DNA of 27,570 nt from Oligoflexales bacterium (GCA_045105515.1 JBGCDR010000454.1:1-27570), one strand, 5' to 3'. Numbered from the stretch's first letter, positions 9,832 through 19,726 are shown. Made by a program: numbers and translations. The notes: generated by a model not told the origin, from the sequence alone.

Positions 9832-11019
9832 TTATTTTTTTTTGCTAATGTAACGCTCTGTTATTTTGAGTTTTTCCTTTGCCTTATCAAAATCTGGACG
9901 CATCTTTAAGCTTTCAAGCAACAGGGTATGAGCTTCCTGTAAATGCTCGAATGTCTTGAGATTAATGTGGGCAATAGCCATATTATACAAGATGCGGTAT
10001 AGCTCTTTTGATCCAGGGATGAGCTTGAGTGCTTTTTTATACTCATCAATAGCATCTGGAAATTCCCCAGCCTTGGAATAGAGGACTCCCTTGTTATTGA
10101 AATGCCTTACTAATTCTTTAGGAGTCGATGTTTCGCGGCAAAAATCCTGAGCATGCTGCAAATATCCTGCTTCAGAGAGTTTATCGTAGACATCATATTT
10201 CATTTCTTCGTTTTCTGGGTTCAACTTGATCAATTCTGAAAACTTGCTAATACTTTTTTCTGGCATCTTTAGTTTGAGGTAGAGATTTGCCATCTCATCA
10301 ACCCGCTGAATATTGCCAGGAGCTACTCGCTCGGCATTTTCATATGATTTTTGTGCTTCTTTGAAATTTCCAGCTTGCAGATATATTTTCGCTAACCCAT
10401 TGTGATAGGCCATATTATTTGGATCCGACTCGATTAGTTTTTTCAACAATTCAATAGCTTCATCTACCTTCCCTGCAGCTTCATGAATCTGTGAGCTGAA
10501 AAATTTACCTTTCTCCCCCACAGGCTCTAGTTTTTCTTTGGCAATGGTAGAAGCTTTTTCAAATTTTTGTCTCTTAAGTAAGGGGGTAATTAGCTTGTCT
10601 TTTACTTGCTCCATTGAGGCCCGAGCTCTACTCATTTGCATTGCATTTGCCATTATACTTAGTAAGCTAGGTATCTTAATAGGCTTAGATATCATGGCCA
10701 CATCACCAATTTCCTTAATTAGAGCACTATCTCCTGATTTTCTTTGCTGGGAGACTGAAAGTACAAAGGCAGCTAATCGCTTTGATTCCATTTCATGGTC
10801 GCGCCATTTTTGAATCAATGCTGTTCCTTGGAGTGTTTCCAATTCGAGAGAAACAAGGCATAGATCAAATTTGTGGGTATTAAACATATATAATGCACTT
10901 TCCCAATCCTTGGCTAAAGTGCACTGTATTTTGTATGCTTCTAAGCCTTGTGAAACTGCGTTGAGTACCCCTTGATCATTGTCAACCACTAATATTTTGG
11001 AAGGCAAGTCACTTGTCAT
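9832..11019 (-). CDS. Atypical response-regulator receiver plus TPR-repeat protein
   Basis: Receiver pattern KILVVDND...FDLCLVSL...ISKP, followed by TPRs (YHNGLAKIY, FNNKGVLY, LYNMAIA). Confidence 0.85.
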   Translation of the reverse strand: MTSDLPSKILVVDNDQGVLNAVSQGLEAYKIQCTLAKDWESALYMFNTHKFDLCLVSLELETLQGTALIQKWRDHEMESKRLAAFVLSVSQQRKSGDSALIKEIGDVAMISKPIKIPSLLSIMANAMQMSRARASMEQVKDKLITPLLKRQKFEKASTIAKEKLEPVGEKGKFFSSQIHEAAGKVDEAIELLKKLIESDPNNMAYHNGLAKIYLQAGNFKEAQKSYENAERVAPGNIQRVDEMANLYLKLKMPEKSISKFSELIKLNPENEEMKYDVYDKLSEAGYLQHAQDFCRETSTPKELVRHFNNKGVLYSKAGEFPDAIDEYKKALKLIPGSKELYRILYNMAIAHINLKTFEHLQEAHTLLLESLKMRPDFDKAKEKLKITERYISKKK

Positions 11020-11043
11020 CTAAGGCCTCAATTGGTGCTTAAC

Positions 11044-11487
11044 TTATTTTGATTTCAGAAATTTAGGAGACACGAATTCCTCGCTACTCAACCTAATCCA
11101 TCCTGATTCAGTTAATTTTCCTTTTACAATCTGATTCTTTCTTAAAATCCTCACAACCGGAAACGTATTTGCCGGCCCCCGACGCACATTCAATTTATAT
11201 GCTGTAACCTGGAACTCACGAGAAGAGTGGCCTTTAGGCCCATCAGACTCAATTTCTTCCAAGCCCACCAATTGTGCATCAGGGTCTACATCTTCCTCAA
11301 GACCAGCTGATAGCTCAGTTCCTGGTCCTAGGGGCGTCCCATCGTCTGCCACTCCTTCGTTGACAGTCACTCCATCAGAACTACAAGATAAAAGCCCAAA
11401 TATAGGCATTATTAATAGAAAAAAAATTGAAAATGTTCCTAATTTTATGATCTTTATAGATTTCATGACCTTTGTTATGCTCCTCAT
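11044..11487 (-). CDS. Putative lipoprotein with a C-terminal bacterial SH3 (SH3b) domain
   Basis: Hydrophobic stretch and lipobox LLSC, acidic linker, then VTAYKLNVRRGP...V...L....V......GW.....FVS..FL. Confidence 0.8.
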   Translation of the reverse strand: MRSITKVMKSIKIIKLGTFSIFFLLIMPIFGLLSCSSDGVTVNEGVADDGTPLGPGTELSAGLEEDVDPDAQLVGLEEIESDGPKGHSSREFQVTAYKLNVRRGPANTFPVVRILRKNQIVKGKLTESGWIRLSSEEFVSPKFLKSK

Positions 11488-11505
11488 GTTATGTTGGCTG
11501 TAGGT

Positions 11506-11533
11506 GTATCGGAAAGAGATCCATTGATCTTGA
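11506..11533 (-). promoter_or_regulatory. Putative sigma28-type promoter of the SH3b / receiver-TPR genes
   Basis: Minus strand reads TCAAG-N15-TCCGATAC just upstream of the SH3b gene. Confidence 0.45.
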
Positions 11534-11581
11534 CCAGAGATACCATAGAGAGATTTTAACGTTTCACTAAACTGAGGAAAA

Positions 11582-12517
11582 ATGGTCGAGAATACACTAG
11601 TATTTGGCAGCTATTTCAAAAAATGGAAATATGCTAGCAAAATTGATAGTTGGCCAAAAATGTTAGCCCCTGCTTTTCTTGGCCAACTGCTTGGGTATTT
11701 CGTGGCGCAATCAGGCTCATTTTTTGGCTTTGTCATCGGAATGAGTATGACGATGACTAATCTACTACTGATTGTGTATTTAAATGACTGGGGAGATCAA
11801 AGAGTTGACTCTATAAGACGCCAGATGTTCCCATCAGCTTGCTCACCGAAAACGATTCCCGACAGAATTTTGGGCGCTAAAGCTCTTCTTGCTGCAGGAA
11901 TTTTCGCTGCTGTGTGTATGCTAGGAATTTCAATCATTGCTGCTTGGTTTTATACCAGGCCATTGCTACCAATTTTTGTTGTATTAGCATTATTGTTGAT
12001 GCATTCTTATACTTTCTATCCTTTTAAATTCAATTACCGAGGGGGTGGAGAATTAGTAGAAATGATTGGCATAGGCTTCGTTCTTCCCTGGTTAAACTCC
12101 TATGCACAAAACGGTATCATTTGGGACCAACATTACACCTTACTGCTAGGCTCAAGCACCCTAGCTTTGGCAAGTGCTTTAGCAAGTGGTATTGCTGATG
12201 AAGATAGTGACCTTGCAGGTGGTAAGCAAACTTTTGCAACTAGATATGGGAATAACTGTGTTAAGCAAGCAGTTGCCTGCTGTCTCTTCCTTAGTCCCTT
12301 TGCTTGGCTATCTCTTGCCTTAAGCATCCCTGGCTTCCCGATATATATATTAATTGCTCCAAGTTTTTTTATTGTTTACTTTGGAATCAAGATGCAAAAG
12401 GAAGCAAAATACTCTAGTAGCCGTGCATTCAAAGCTCAAAAGCAATATAAATCATATCTGCATAATGCTATTTGGCTAAGCATACTAAGTTTCGCCCTTG
12501 GTTTGTTTTTTCTCTGA
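11582..12517 (+). CDS. UbiA-family (MenA-like) membrane prenyltransferase, copy 1
   Basis: Multiple TM helices. Motifs NDWGDQRVD (NDxxDxxxD), YTFYPFKFNYRGGGE and IADEDSDLAGGKQT. Confidence 0.88.
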   Translation: MVENTLVFGSYFKKWKYASKIDSWPKMLAPAFLGQLLGYFVAQSGSFFGFVIGMSMTMTNLLLIVYLNDWGDQRVDSIRRQMFPSACSPKTIPDRILGAKALLAAGIFAAVCMLGISIIAAWFYTRPLLPIFVVLALLLMHSYTFYPFKFNYRGGGELVEMIGIGFVLPWLNSYAQNGIIWDQHYTLLLGSSTLALASALASGIADEDSDLAGGKQTFATRYGNNCVKQAVACCLFLSPFAWLSLALSIPGFPIYILIAPSFFIVYFGIKMQKEAKYSSSRAFKAQKQYKSYLHNAIWLSILSFALGLFFL

Positions 12518-12571
12518 TAAAGCTTAGCTTAAAACTAAAAATTAAGCTGTTGTAGCAAAGGACTATTATGT

Positions 12572-13288
12572 ATGGAAAAACTTTTCCCTTGGGCATGGCA
12601 AGCTTTAAAACAAGCTGATGACAGGCTCAGACTCCATCAAGCAAATCCTCTATCACTAGACCCAAATAAAGACACAATCACTCCTTTTGTTAAACTTGGT
12701 AAAGACCACATTCACTCAAACCTTGAAACCGAGTTTTTAAAGGCTGCCATAGCAGGATTTTGCTCGATTGTTGATTCCCAAATCTATCATTTTCCAGAGA
12801 ACATATTTTGGGATTTTGATTATTTGTTTGCTATTATCTTCAATTTAAAAAGCCCTAGCCAGTGCGAACAGTATTGTAAATCAATTGTTGAATTACAGAT
12901 GGGGTATGGCATCCATTCTCAGGTCCGATTTCAATATATGCATGATTTTACCTATGGATTTGATTGGGCAAGGTGGGTAGTGAAAGACCCGCAAAACCGT
13001 AGGACAATCAAGCCATTAGATGAGATTTTTATAACTTACTTGAAACAAAGGTTAACAGAGCTAATCAAATTGATTGCAAGCAATGATAGCAAATATCCTC
13101 AATTAAATACCAATGCCCCCCGCAACCCCTACCCATTTGCAAGAACCTTTGAAGCTGAAAAAAAACTACATAACGCATTAGCAGCTAGAGATTTAATTCC
13201 TGTAGAAGCATGGAAATCCACTCCAAAAATAGATTGGTGCAAAGATTATTCTAGAATGAGAGACACTTTAAGCGCAGAAAAGAAATAA
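12572..13288 (+). CDS. Soluble hypothetical protein lying between two UbiA genes
   Basis: 238-aa ORF with an AAGGA RBS, co-oriented with 54- and 38-bp gaps. Motif-like blocks FPENIFWDFD, RFQYMHDFTYGFDWARWV and LIPVEAW. Confidence 0.75.
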   Translation: MEKLFPWAWQALKQADDRLRLHQANPLSLDPNKDTITPFVKLGKDHIHSNLETEFLKAAIAGFCSIVDSQIYHFPENIFWDFDYLFAIIFNLKSPSQCEQYCKSIVELQMGYGIHSQVRFQYMHDFTYGFDWARWVVKDPQNRRTIKPLDEIFITYLKQRLTELIKLIASNDSKYPQLNTNAPRNPYPFARTFEAEKKLHNALAARDLIPVEAWKSTPKIDWCKDYSRMRDTLSAEKK

Positions 13289-13326
13289 ACTCTATTAAAA
13301 GCTATTCATTTAGTGAAAGTACTATT

Positions 13327-14208
13327 ATGGTTTCTTGGCTAAAAGCGGCACGTTTACCCTCACAACTTTACCTAGCATTGTCACTTCTTATGGGGCATGC
13401 TCTTTATTTTAAAGCTTTTAGCAGCATAAATTGGTACCTTGTTGCCGGATTTGGCCTCTTTGGAATCTGCCTTCAACTGTACATCGTGTTTGGTAATGAT
13501 GTTGCAGATTTCGAAACTGATAAAATCAATAAAACCTCTACAATTTTTTCTGGAGGTTCCCGAGTATTGATTGAACAATCCCTACGCATTGGTCAGTTAA
13601 AAAAAGCTCATTATTTAATGTTTTTGTTGAGCATTGCTTTAGGACTTATACTGTCCTTTTTCTGTAATTCATGGGAGGTTTTCTTCCTAAGTATTGTTGC
13701 TCTATTGCTGCTATGGATGTACAGCTATCCACCAATAAAGCTTTCTTATCGGGGAGGAGGGGAAGTTCTCCAAGCTATTGGACTCGGAATTATACTTCCA
13801 AGTATTTCTTATATTGGGCAAGGAGGCCATAGTTTACCACTGAATATCATGTTCGCTCTAATGCCTAGTCATTTGGCTTGTGCTATAGGAACAAGCCTAG
13901 CCGATGAACCCTCTGACCGCATTTCAAAAAAACAGACTGTAACAGTAATATTCGGACAATACCAGGCCAGTCTCATAATAGCTATATTGCAAGGAATAAG
14001 CCTTTTTTTGCTACTAGCTTTAAATCTAAAATCTATCTTAGTTGATCACAAGGCTATTCTGGTTTATTTTTTTGTTCTTATTGGAGTCTACATGAATTTT
14101 ATAGGTGCCAAACCTGGTGAAACCACTATGAACTTTAAAATTTTTCTTTCAATACTTTTCACCCAATGCTTGGTGGGAATAGTTATCTGGAATTCTTTCA
14201 CTTCCTAA
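13327..14208 (+). CDS. UbiA-family (MenA-like) membrane prenyltransferase, copy 2
   Basis: N-terminal WLKAARL, then NDVADFETD, FSGGSR, YSYPPIKLSYRGGGE and LADEPSDRISKKQT. Multiple TM helices. Confidence 0.88.
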   Translation: MVSWLKAARLPSQLYLALSLLMGHALYFKAFSSINWYLVAGFGLFGICLQLYIVFGNDVADFETDKINKTSTIFSGGSRVLIEQSLRIGQLKKAHYLMFLLSIALGLILSFFCNSWEVFFLSIVALLLLWMYSYPPIKLSYRGGGEVLQAIGLGIILPSISYIGQGGHSLPLNIMFALMPSHLACAIGTSLADEPSDRISKKQTVTVIFGQYQASLIIAILQGISLFLLLALNLKSILVDHKAILVYFFVLIGVYMNFIGAKPGETTMNFKIFLSILFTQCLVGIVIWNSFTS

Positions 14209-14297
14209 ATTAAGACTCGAAAAACAAGCCTAATAGCTAGCTCTAGCGTAAAACCATGCCATTTTATTGAATTTTTTAACTATACCAAAAAAAATCT

Positions 14298-14324
14298 TAA
14301 TTTTACTAATTTTCTTGTCGAAAA
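14298..14324 (+). promoter_or_regulatory. Putative sigma28-type promoter of the 1265-aa gene
   Basis: TAAT-N15-GTCGAAAA, ending 38 bp before ATG 14363. Confidence 0.35.
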
Positions 14325-14362
14325 CTCCTAGGATCCACATAAACTCTCTGGTAATGAGATAG

Positions 14363-17300
14363 ATGCATTTTAGGCCTATAAAATCTCTCAAGATAATTCT
14401 CTTTCTCTCTACTATTAAGTACTTTCCTATTTATGGACAGGACAATTTCAAGACCCCAGAACTATTTTTTACAGGCAATAAAATTCATGGCTCAACTCTT
14501 TTGCTTAAACCAGGTTCATTTATCAATGAGTCCGGAGGCCTATGCGATCTTAAATACACTGTTTCTGGTCTTCCTATGGCGACCTACTACTCTTGCGAAT
14601 TATGCAAACCAAATGGCGAATCCTGTACTGATTCACGTTATGGTAAATCAATATTTGCTCATTGTATAATTCCACCAGGCTATATCCCTGGTTCACTAGT
14701 AAAAATCAGAGCATGTGTTCATCCAGAAATGGCTTGGAATTCCGGCAGCAATTGTGGTCCAAAAATAACTCAACTTGTTCCGGTAACAGAAGCCTGTAAT
14801 GAGGAAAACAAAGTTAAAGCAGCAGCATTTATCTCTAAGGATGAATTAGCTAAAGTTTCTGCAATGTCGATGAGTAGTGATTTGTTTAATTACACTAGGA
14901 TCAAAGATCAATGTATATTTAATAGTATAGAAGACTTCGATCTGAATGACTTTGAACAACTCTTTTTTATGCTTGGTCCAGAATTCTTAACAGAAAGCTT
15001 TCGGTTTTCAGGAGCCCAGCTAACTAATGATCAACTTTCTAAAATCTACAAGCAAATCGACCAAAGCACCCAACAAGAGGCCGGCTTAGGACTAACTGAA
15101 GGCGAATACGAGCTTCCTGCTCCTAAATCGAAGCCCATCAGCGCAACCTTAATTGAGCAACTCGGCACAAATCGTTATGGCCAGCTCGCATCGTCCCTTT
15201 CAGGAACTGTTCGCTCTTACGGAGCATGGGCAATCACCAATGCTTCAAGAGTTGCTGCTGATGAAAGTTACAAAATAGCTGCAGATATGTTTTGGATTAT
15301 GGGTGGATCTGAGGTAGATCAACAGCAGTTAAGAAAATCCTTTGTATATCTTGGACAAAGCGTTGAATTTATGGCTAATGTAAGCCTTAATAAGGGTGTC
15401 AATAGAATCGGCAATGCTCCTGGAATAAAAGATGCAAGGGAACTGGTTAATAGTGGGAGTAAACTAATCCATGCTGCAGATGAGTTAGCAGGTAGCCTAC
15501 TAAGCACCTATCGCGAGAGTGTACAAACCTACTCTCAAGCTAAAAAGTCTGTGACTCAGGAATCAATGGAGATAGCTGAACCAATGGCTAAACAAGACCC
15601 TCAGGGCTTTAGGAATTGGATTAACACCTGGTCAAATTGGATGATAGCAACATCAAATAATATAAATGCTATAAAGTCTGATGTAGATGAGCTTAACAAG
15701 ATTCTTCACAACATCAATAACGACCCTAAAGTTTGGGAAAACCTTGAAAAAACTGCAAATAATACCCGTTTACTTACTAGTGAGTTCACGACAAAATCAA
15801 TAGCAGAGGCTCGTCAACTAGATCCAAGAAAAAAGGCTCAGATTGCAGAAGAACTTAAAAAGCTCAAGACCGACCTTGAAAAGAATTTTATAGAACTGGA
15901 TTCCATCGTAGAAGGCAGTCTTAAAAAACTAGATCGAGCTGTTGGAAACAATGATGAAGAGTTTGTTAAGCACTATAAATACTTATATCAAAAATACCTT
16001 GCTCCTTATCCAGACCTTTTTGGTGACCGCTATTCAATCCCCACCTACCAAGAGCTAAACACGAGTGATATAGACTCTCAAATCCCTAAAGATCCCCGAT
16101 TAAAGCAGCTACAAAATGAATTGGATGAGCTTGATAGAATATGGAAAAGTCCAGCAAGCGATGTTGAACTTGTTGGTAAATTCGAAGCTAAAAAAAAATC
16201 CCTTAGCAAGCTATTAAGTGAAATTATTGCAGATTCGCCCCAAAGTGGAATCAACAGAAACATACTAAATTCACTTATAGTGGTCTTGGAAGATGCAAGT
16301 ATTATCCCAAAACGATATAGTCGCCAGGTAGCAGAAGCTGTCGAAGCAAGTGCAAACACCTCCACACAGGCTATAGAGCATGTAAATAAGGCTATGGGCT
16401 CAATTTTAACCGGAGTCAATCAACTTAATGGCAAGCTAATCTCTGCAAAGAAATTTTTTGAAGCTTTTTCACCAAAGTTAAGGATACTGGAAGAGAATCT
16501 TACCGACCCAAGACTATATGGTTCTCTCCACACAAATGCTGACGAAATTTTCAAAAGTATCAATTCCATTCAAGAATATTTGGTGTTACCTGATGAGCTA
16601 CCTGATGATGACCTAAAAAAACTGCAGGTATTCGAAATAACGGCTGTTAAATCTGGACTCGAAAGGCTTGGTTTGTTAGAGCCATTATGGAAAGAAGGCT
16701 GGGGAGGTGTTTTCAGAAACATCTTTTATTCTCAAGGTCATGAAAAACTATTTGCAGCACTAGGCACTGAAAAATTACAGCGCCTTGATCAAGTTACTAA
16801 AAACCTTGAGAAGCTCGAAGTAGAATATTTTGCAATCCTGAAAGAACCGAACGAAAGTGATGGTAAATATCAAGAGCTCTTCTTAATAAGAAAAAATATC
16901 AAGGAAAATAAGGTAGCTCTCAACAAAGAGCTGCTAGAATTAAATACCCTTGAAAGAGACAACAAAAACAGCTTGGAAATTGCCAGGTCATTTGATGAGG
17001 CAATGTCTGAACTAAACTATAAACTTCCAGAAAATCTATCAGTTCAGGAACTTGCAAGCAGACGACTCGACCGTTTTATTGAAGCGAGCAAACTTGAAAA
17101 CGCCGAAGCAAGCATCCGTACCTTCTCCAGCTATTTTACTATTTCCGGAGATTTAAGCCAGAAAGCTGTGAAGCTAATGGACCGTGTTCTTGGCACTTCA
17201 AATAATCTGGGTAATGCTGAAAAATCACTTTTAAAAGTTTTAGGACTCAGTTTTCCAGAAGAAGTGCATGAGACTGTATTGACACAGCTCTACCAAAAGA

Positions 17301-18160
17301 AATCTGAGATCGACAAACTCTTTAACCCTTCTGTATATCCCCCCCGTACTGTATTGGCTGGCGAGGAGTTTGGTGAGAAATTTGCTGATCTACTTTTTGG
17401 CAAATGGGAAGATATTACAGATCCCTCCAAACGATGGTGGAAGCAGCTTGGAGGACGTTTGAGAACAAAAATAAGAACAGGAACTGGGTTCTATCTCAAC
17501 GGAAAAAGGACCCACAATTTCCTAAGAGGACAAGTAATCTCTTACTATAAATGGGATGGTTTTGCCAATGAAGTTGTGTCGATCGTTCAAGAAAAATATG
17601 AAACTACTATCACGAAATCAGATGTTTGGGATCACTGGGCAAGAGTTGATAAAGATGGAAAGATCATTGGAATCAAAAAAAATATTGGTGGAAAAGTAGG
17701 AGATCTTATAGCTGAAAAATACCTTTCAATTTTACCTGGCAATATTCAAGATGTAGCAAAAAGCCACCTAAGCACACAACTTAGAGATATTGTTGGAAAC
17801 TCTGCAAGATTAAAAAAAACCACTCGCACAGGGTTAAAGATTGATATAAACAATCCTACTGGCTACGCCTATGATCTAATCTGGTATAAAGTGGGTAAAG
17901 GTTTGCTTCTTGTGGATAAAGAAAAAAAGTTAGAAGTCCTTCGCAAGCTTAATGAGCTAACAATCAAAACTCGCTACTTTGGTAGATCTCTAGCTACAGG
18001 TAACAACCTAACTGCAATCATACTTTTAGAAAATTTAATTGGAAGCCATTTGGAAAATTTATCAAATACTCAGCAAAATTGTGAGCCACTAAATCTGCTG
18101 AGTTCTAGGTATCTTGCCCACAAAAAACGGCTAGAGTCTTTTGGGTTCATTCGTGACTAA
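14363..18160 (+). CDS. Large putative secreted protein with a Cys-rich N-terminal domain and a long helical/coiled-coil body, function unknown
   Basis: 1265-aa ORF with a signal-peptide-like N-terminus. 9 Cys in residues 1-184, heptad-like E/K/L-rich stretches, and one Cys at residue 1240. Confidence 0.8.
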   Translation: MHFRPIKSLKIILFLSTIKYFPIYGQDNFKTPELFFTGNKIHGSTLLLKPGSFINESGGLCDLKYTVSGLPMATYYSCELCKPNGESCTDSRYGKSIFAHCIIPPGYIPGSLVKIRACVHPEMAWNSGSNCGPKITQLVPVTEACNEENKVKAAAFISKDELAKVSAMSMSSDLFNYTRIKDQCIFNSIEDFDLNDFEQLFFMLGPEFLTESFRFSGAQLTNDQLSKIYKQIDQSTQQEAGLGLTEGEYELPAPKSKPISATLIEQLGTNRYGQLASSLSGTVRSYGAWAITNASRVAADESYKIAADMFWIMGGSEVDQQQLRKSFVYLGQSVEFMANVSLNKGVNRIGNAPGIKDARELVNSGSKLIHAADELAGSLLSTYRESVQTYSQAKKSVTQESMEIAEPMAKQDPQGFRNWINTWSNWMIATSNNINAIKSDVDELNKILHNINNDPKVWENLEKTANNTRLLTSEFTTKSIAEARQLDPRKKAQIAEELKKLKTDLEKNFIELDSIVEGSLKKLDRAVGNNDEEFVKHYKYLYQKYLAPYPDLFGDRYSIPTYQELNTSDIDSQIPKDPRLKQLQNELDELDRIWKSPASDVELVGKFEAKKKSLSKLLSEIIADSPQSGINRNILNSLIVVLEDASIIPKRYSRQVAEAVEASANTSTQAIEHVNKAMGSILTGVNQLNGKLISAKKFFEAFSPKLRILEENLTDPRLYGSLHTNADEIFKSINSIQEYLVLPDELPDDDLKKLQVFEITAVKSGLERLGLLEPLWKEGWGGVFRNIFYSQGHEKLFAALGTEKLQRLDQVTKNLEKLEVEYFAILKEPNESDGKYQELFLIRKNIKENKVALNKELLELNTLERDNKNSLEIARSFDEAMSELNYKLPENLSVQELASRRLDRFIEASKLENAEASIRTFSSYFTISGDLSQKAVKLMDRVLGTSNNLGNAEKSLLKVLGLSFPEEVHETVLTQLYQKKSEIDKLFNPSVYPPRTVLAGEEFGEKFADLLFGKWEDITDPSKRWWKQLGGRLRTKIRTGTGFYLNGKRTHNFLRGQVISYYKWDGFANEVVSIVQEKYETTITKSDVWDHWARVDKDGKIIGIKKNIGGKVGDLIAEKYLSILPGNIQDVAKSHLSTQLRDIVGNSARLKKTTRTGLKIDINNPTGYAYDLIWYKVGKGLLLVDKEKKLEVLRKLNELTIKTRYFGRSLATGNNLTAIILLENLIGSHLENLSNTQQNCEPLNLLSSRYLAHKKRLESFGFIRD

Positions 18161-18175
18161 ATTGAAAGGCGTACT

Positions 18176-18775
18176 ATGAACTGGTCAAAGATCATATGTA
18201 TTTTAATATCCACACCTGTATTTCTAAGTGTTGCCTGCAAAAAAAGAAAGCCTGGCTTAAATGAAAACCAGCAAGGACTTGTATTTGACCGCCTCCGAGG
18301 GAAGTGGGAGAGCCCTTGTTATTTAAGTAAGGAAAATTCGTTTATAACTTATTCCAAAACCGTGCAAATGTCGTTTGCCGAAGAAAAAATTATAAGAACA
18401 GAAACTCTCTGGCTAGATACAGCTTGCAAGAAAAAACTATTATCTAGGATTTTTAGCGGTGAATATAGTATAGTTGACAATTTCAATAAAAGACTAATTC
18501 ACTTGGATTTTTCTTATGATTTAATTCAAGTAGCAATTCACGATGAAGCCTATGCTGCAATTAAAAACAAAGAAAATAAATCTGAATGGCAGGTAGGAGA
18601 GTTTAGGGATACTGAAATGAGCTTTCCAAACGACACCCCATTAAAAGGTACTAATCTGTTTACAGTTTACTATATAGATTCCACTGGAATGTTGCACTGG
18701 GGAATGCCTAGCCAGACTGTTGCCGGGAGACCTAGAGAAGCAACAAGGGAAACCTATGCAAGGGTCGTCCGTTAA
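18176..18775 (+). CDS. Putative lipoprotein with a beta-rich (lipocalin-like GxW) fold
   Basis: Lipobox LSVAC, LRGKWESPC motif and a second Cys in LDTAC. Starts 15 bp after the 1265-aa gene. Confidence 0.75.
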   Translation: MNWSKIICILISTPVFLSVACKKRKPGLNENQQGLVFDRLRGKWESPCYLSKENSFITYSKTVQMSFAEEKIIRTETLWLDTACKKKLLSRIFSGEYSIVDNFNKRLIHLDFSYDLIQVAIHDEAYAAIKNKENKSEWQVGEFRDTEMSFPNDTPLKGTNLFTVYYIDSTGMLHWGMPSQTVAGRPREATRETYARVVR

Positions 18776-18800
18776 TATATTTTCAGCTTATCCCTATTTT

Positions 18801-19619
18801 TCAATATGATGCTTCAGTTCGTAAGTTTTCTTCTGCTTTGCTAATTTCTTTAATATAGAAATTAGCAAATTTATTTTCTAACAATTCATCTGGAAATATT
18901 ACTGGATCGTTAAGAACATGTTCTATCATTATATCCTCTCGAATATCTCTTATAGTATCTTTAAACTGCTTGTAAAAACTATTCCAAACCTCCCCACCAT
19001 GCTGGGCCATATATACCAGAGCTTCCTTCTTGGCAGTCGAAAAAACTTTTTCTTTGCCAATAAAGCGGTAACTCCGCCTTGCAGAAGTAATTTGGTTTTC
19101 TATCTCTGATTCAATTTCGACATAATCTATGTCAACAACTTTACTATAAACATGAAAGAAAGTTTTCTTTTTAAAATTCTCAGTGCTTTTTATAAGCTCT
19201 ACTCCTGCATCAAACCACTCCCCTTCATAAAGGAAATCGTTCATTTCACGCATAATTTCATTCACTCTCTCTTCACCTCTAACTCTATCAACTAGACAAA
19301 TATTTTTTCTACATATTTGCCTAGTGCAATTTATAGCTGCATTCAAGGGAGTTAGAATATTAATTCTTGCAGCATAGACAGTAGAAATGTAGTGAATCAG
19401 AGGTGAATCAGAACTTTCTATGAGCAAGTCTTGTTGGTTTTTAATTTTTTCTGAAATTATTTCAAGGAGTTGTTCTTGAGAATAACTTCGCAACTCTTTT
19501 GCTTCAAACTCTAAGTCTCGTTTATCGGCAATAATATCAACTGCATATGCCGATTCTAGACATAAAACTAAAATCACCTGGACGATAATTAACAATTTCT
19601 TTTTAAAAATCATCATCAT
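18801..19619 (-). CDS. Hypothetical secreted protein
   Basis: 272-aa ORF with signal peptide KKKLLIIVQVILVLCLESAYA and an AAGG RBS. No recognised domain. Confidence 0.7.
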   Translation of the reverse strand: MMMIFKKKLLIIVQVILVLCLESAYAVDIIADKRDLEFEAKELRSYSQEQLLEIISEKIKNQQDLLIESSDSPLIHYISTVYAARINILTPLNAAINCTRQICRKNICLVDRVRGEERVNEIMREMNDFLYEGEWFDAGVELIKSTENFKKKTFFHVYSKVVDIDYVEIESEIENQITSARRSYRFIGKEKVFSTAKKEALVYMAQHGGEVWNSFYKQFKDTIRDIREDIMIEHVLNDPVIFPDELLENKFANFYIKEISKAEENLRTEASY

Positions 19620-19697
19620 AACTACCTTAGTTCCAATAGGAAATTCAATATGGTTTTATCTCATATTTTTAAAGTGCGGGAAAAATAACAATATTTC

Positions 19698-19726
19698 AGA
19701 CTAAAAGCAAGGAAAAAAAGTGTCAA
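19698..19726 (-). promoter_or_regulatory. Putative sigma70 promoter of 18801..19619
   Basis: Minus strand reads TTGACA-N17-TAGTCT. Confidence 0.55.

Noticed and set aside
11582..14208. Assigning the symbol menA to either UbiA gene
   Set aside because: There are two divergent copies with altered second motifs and no menaquinone gene context, so the substrate cannot be determined from sequence.
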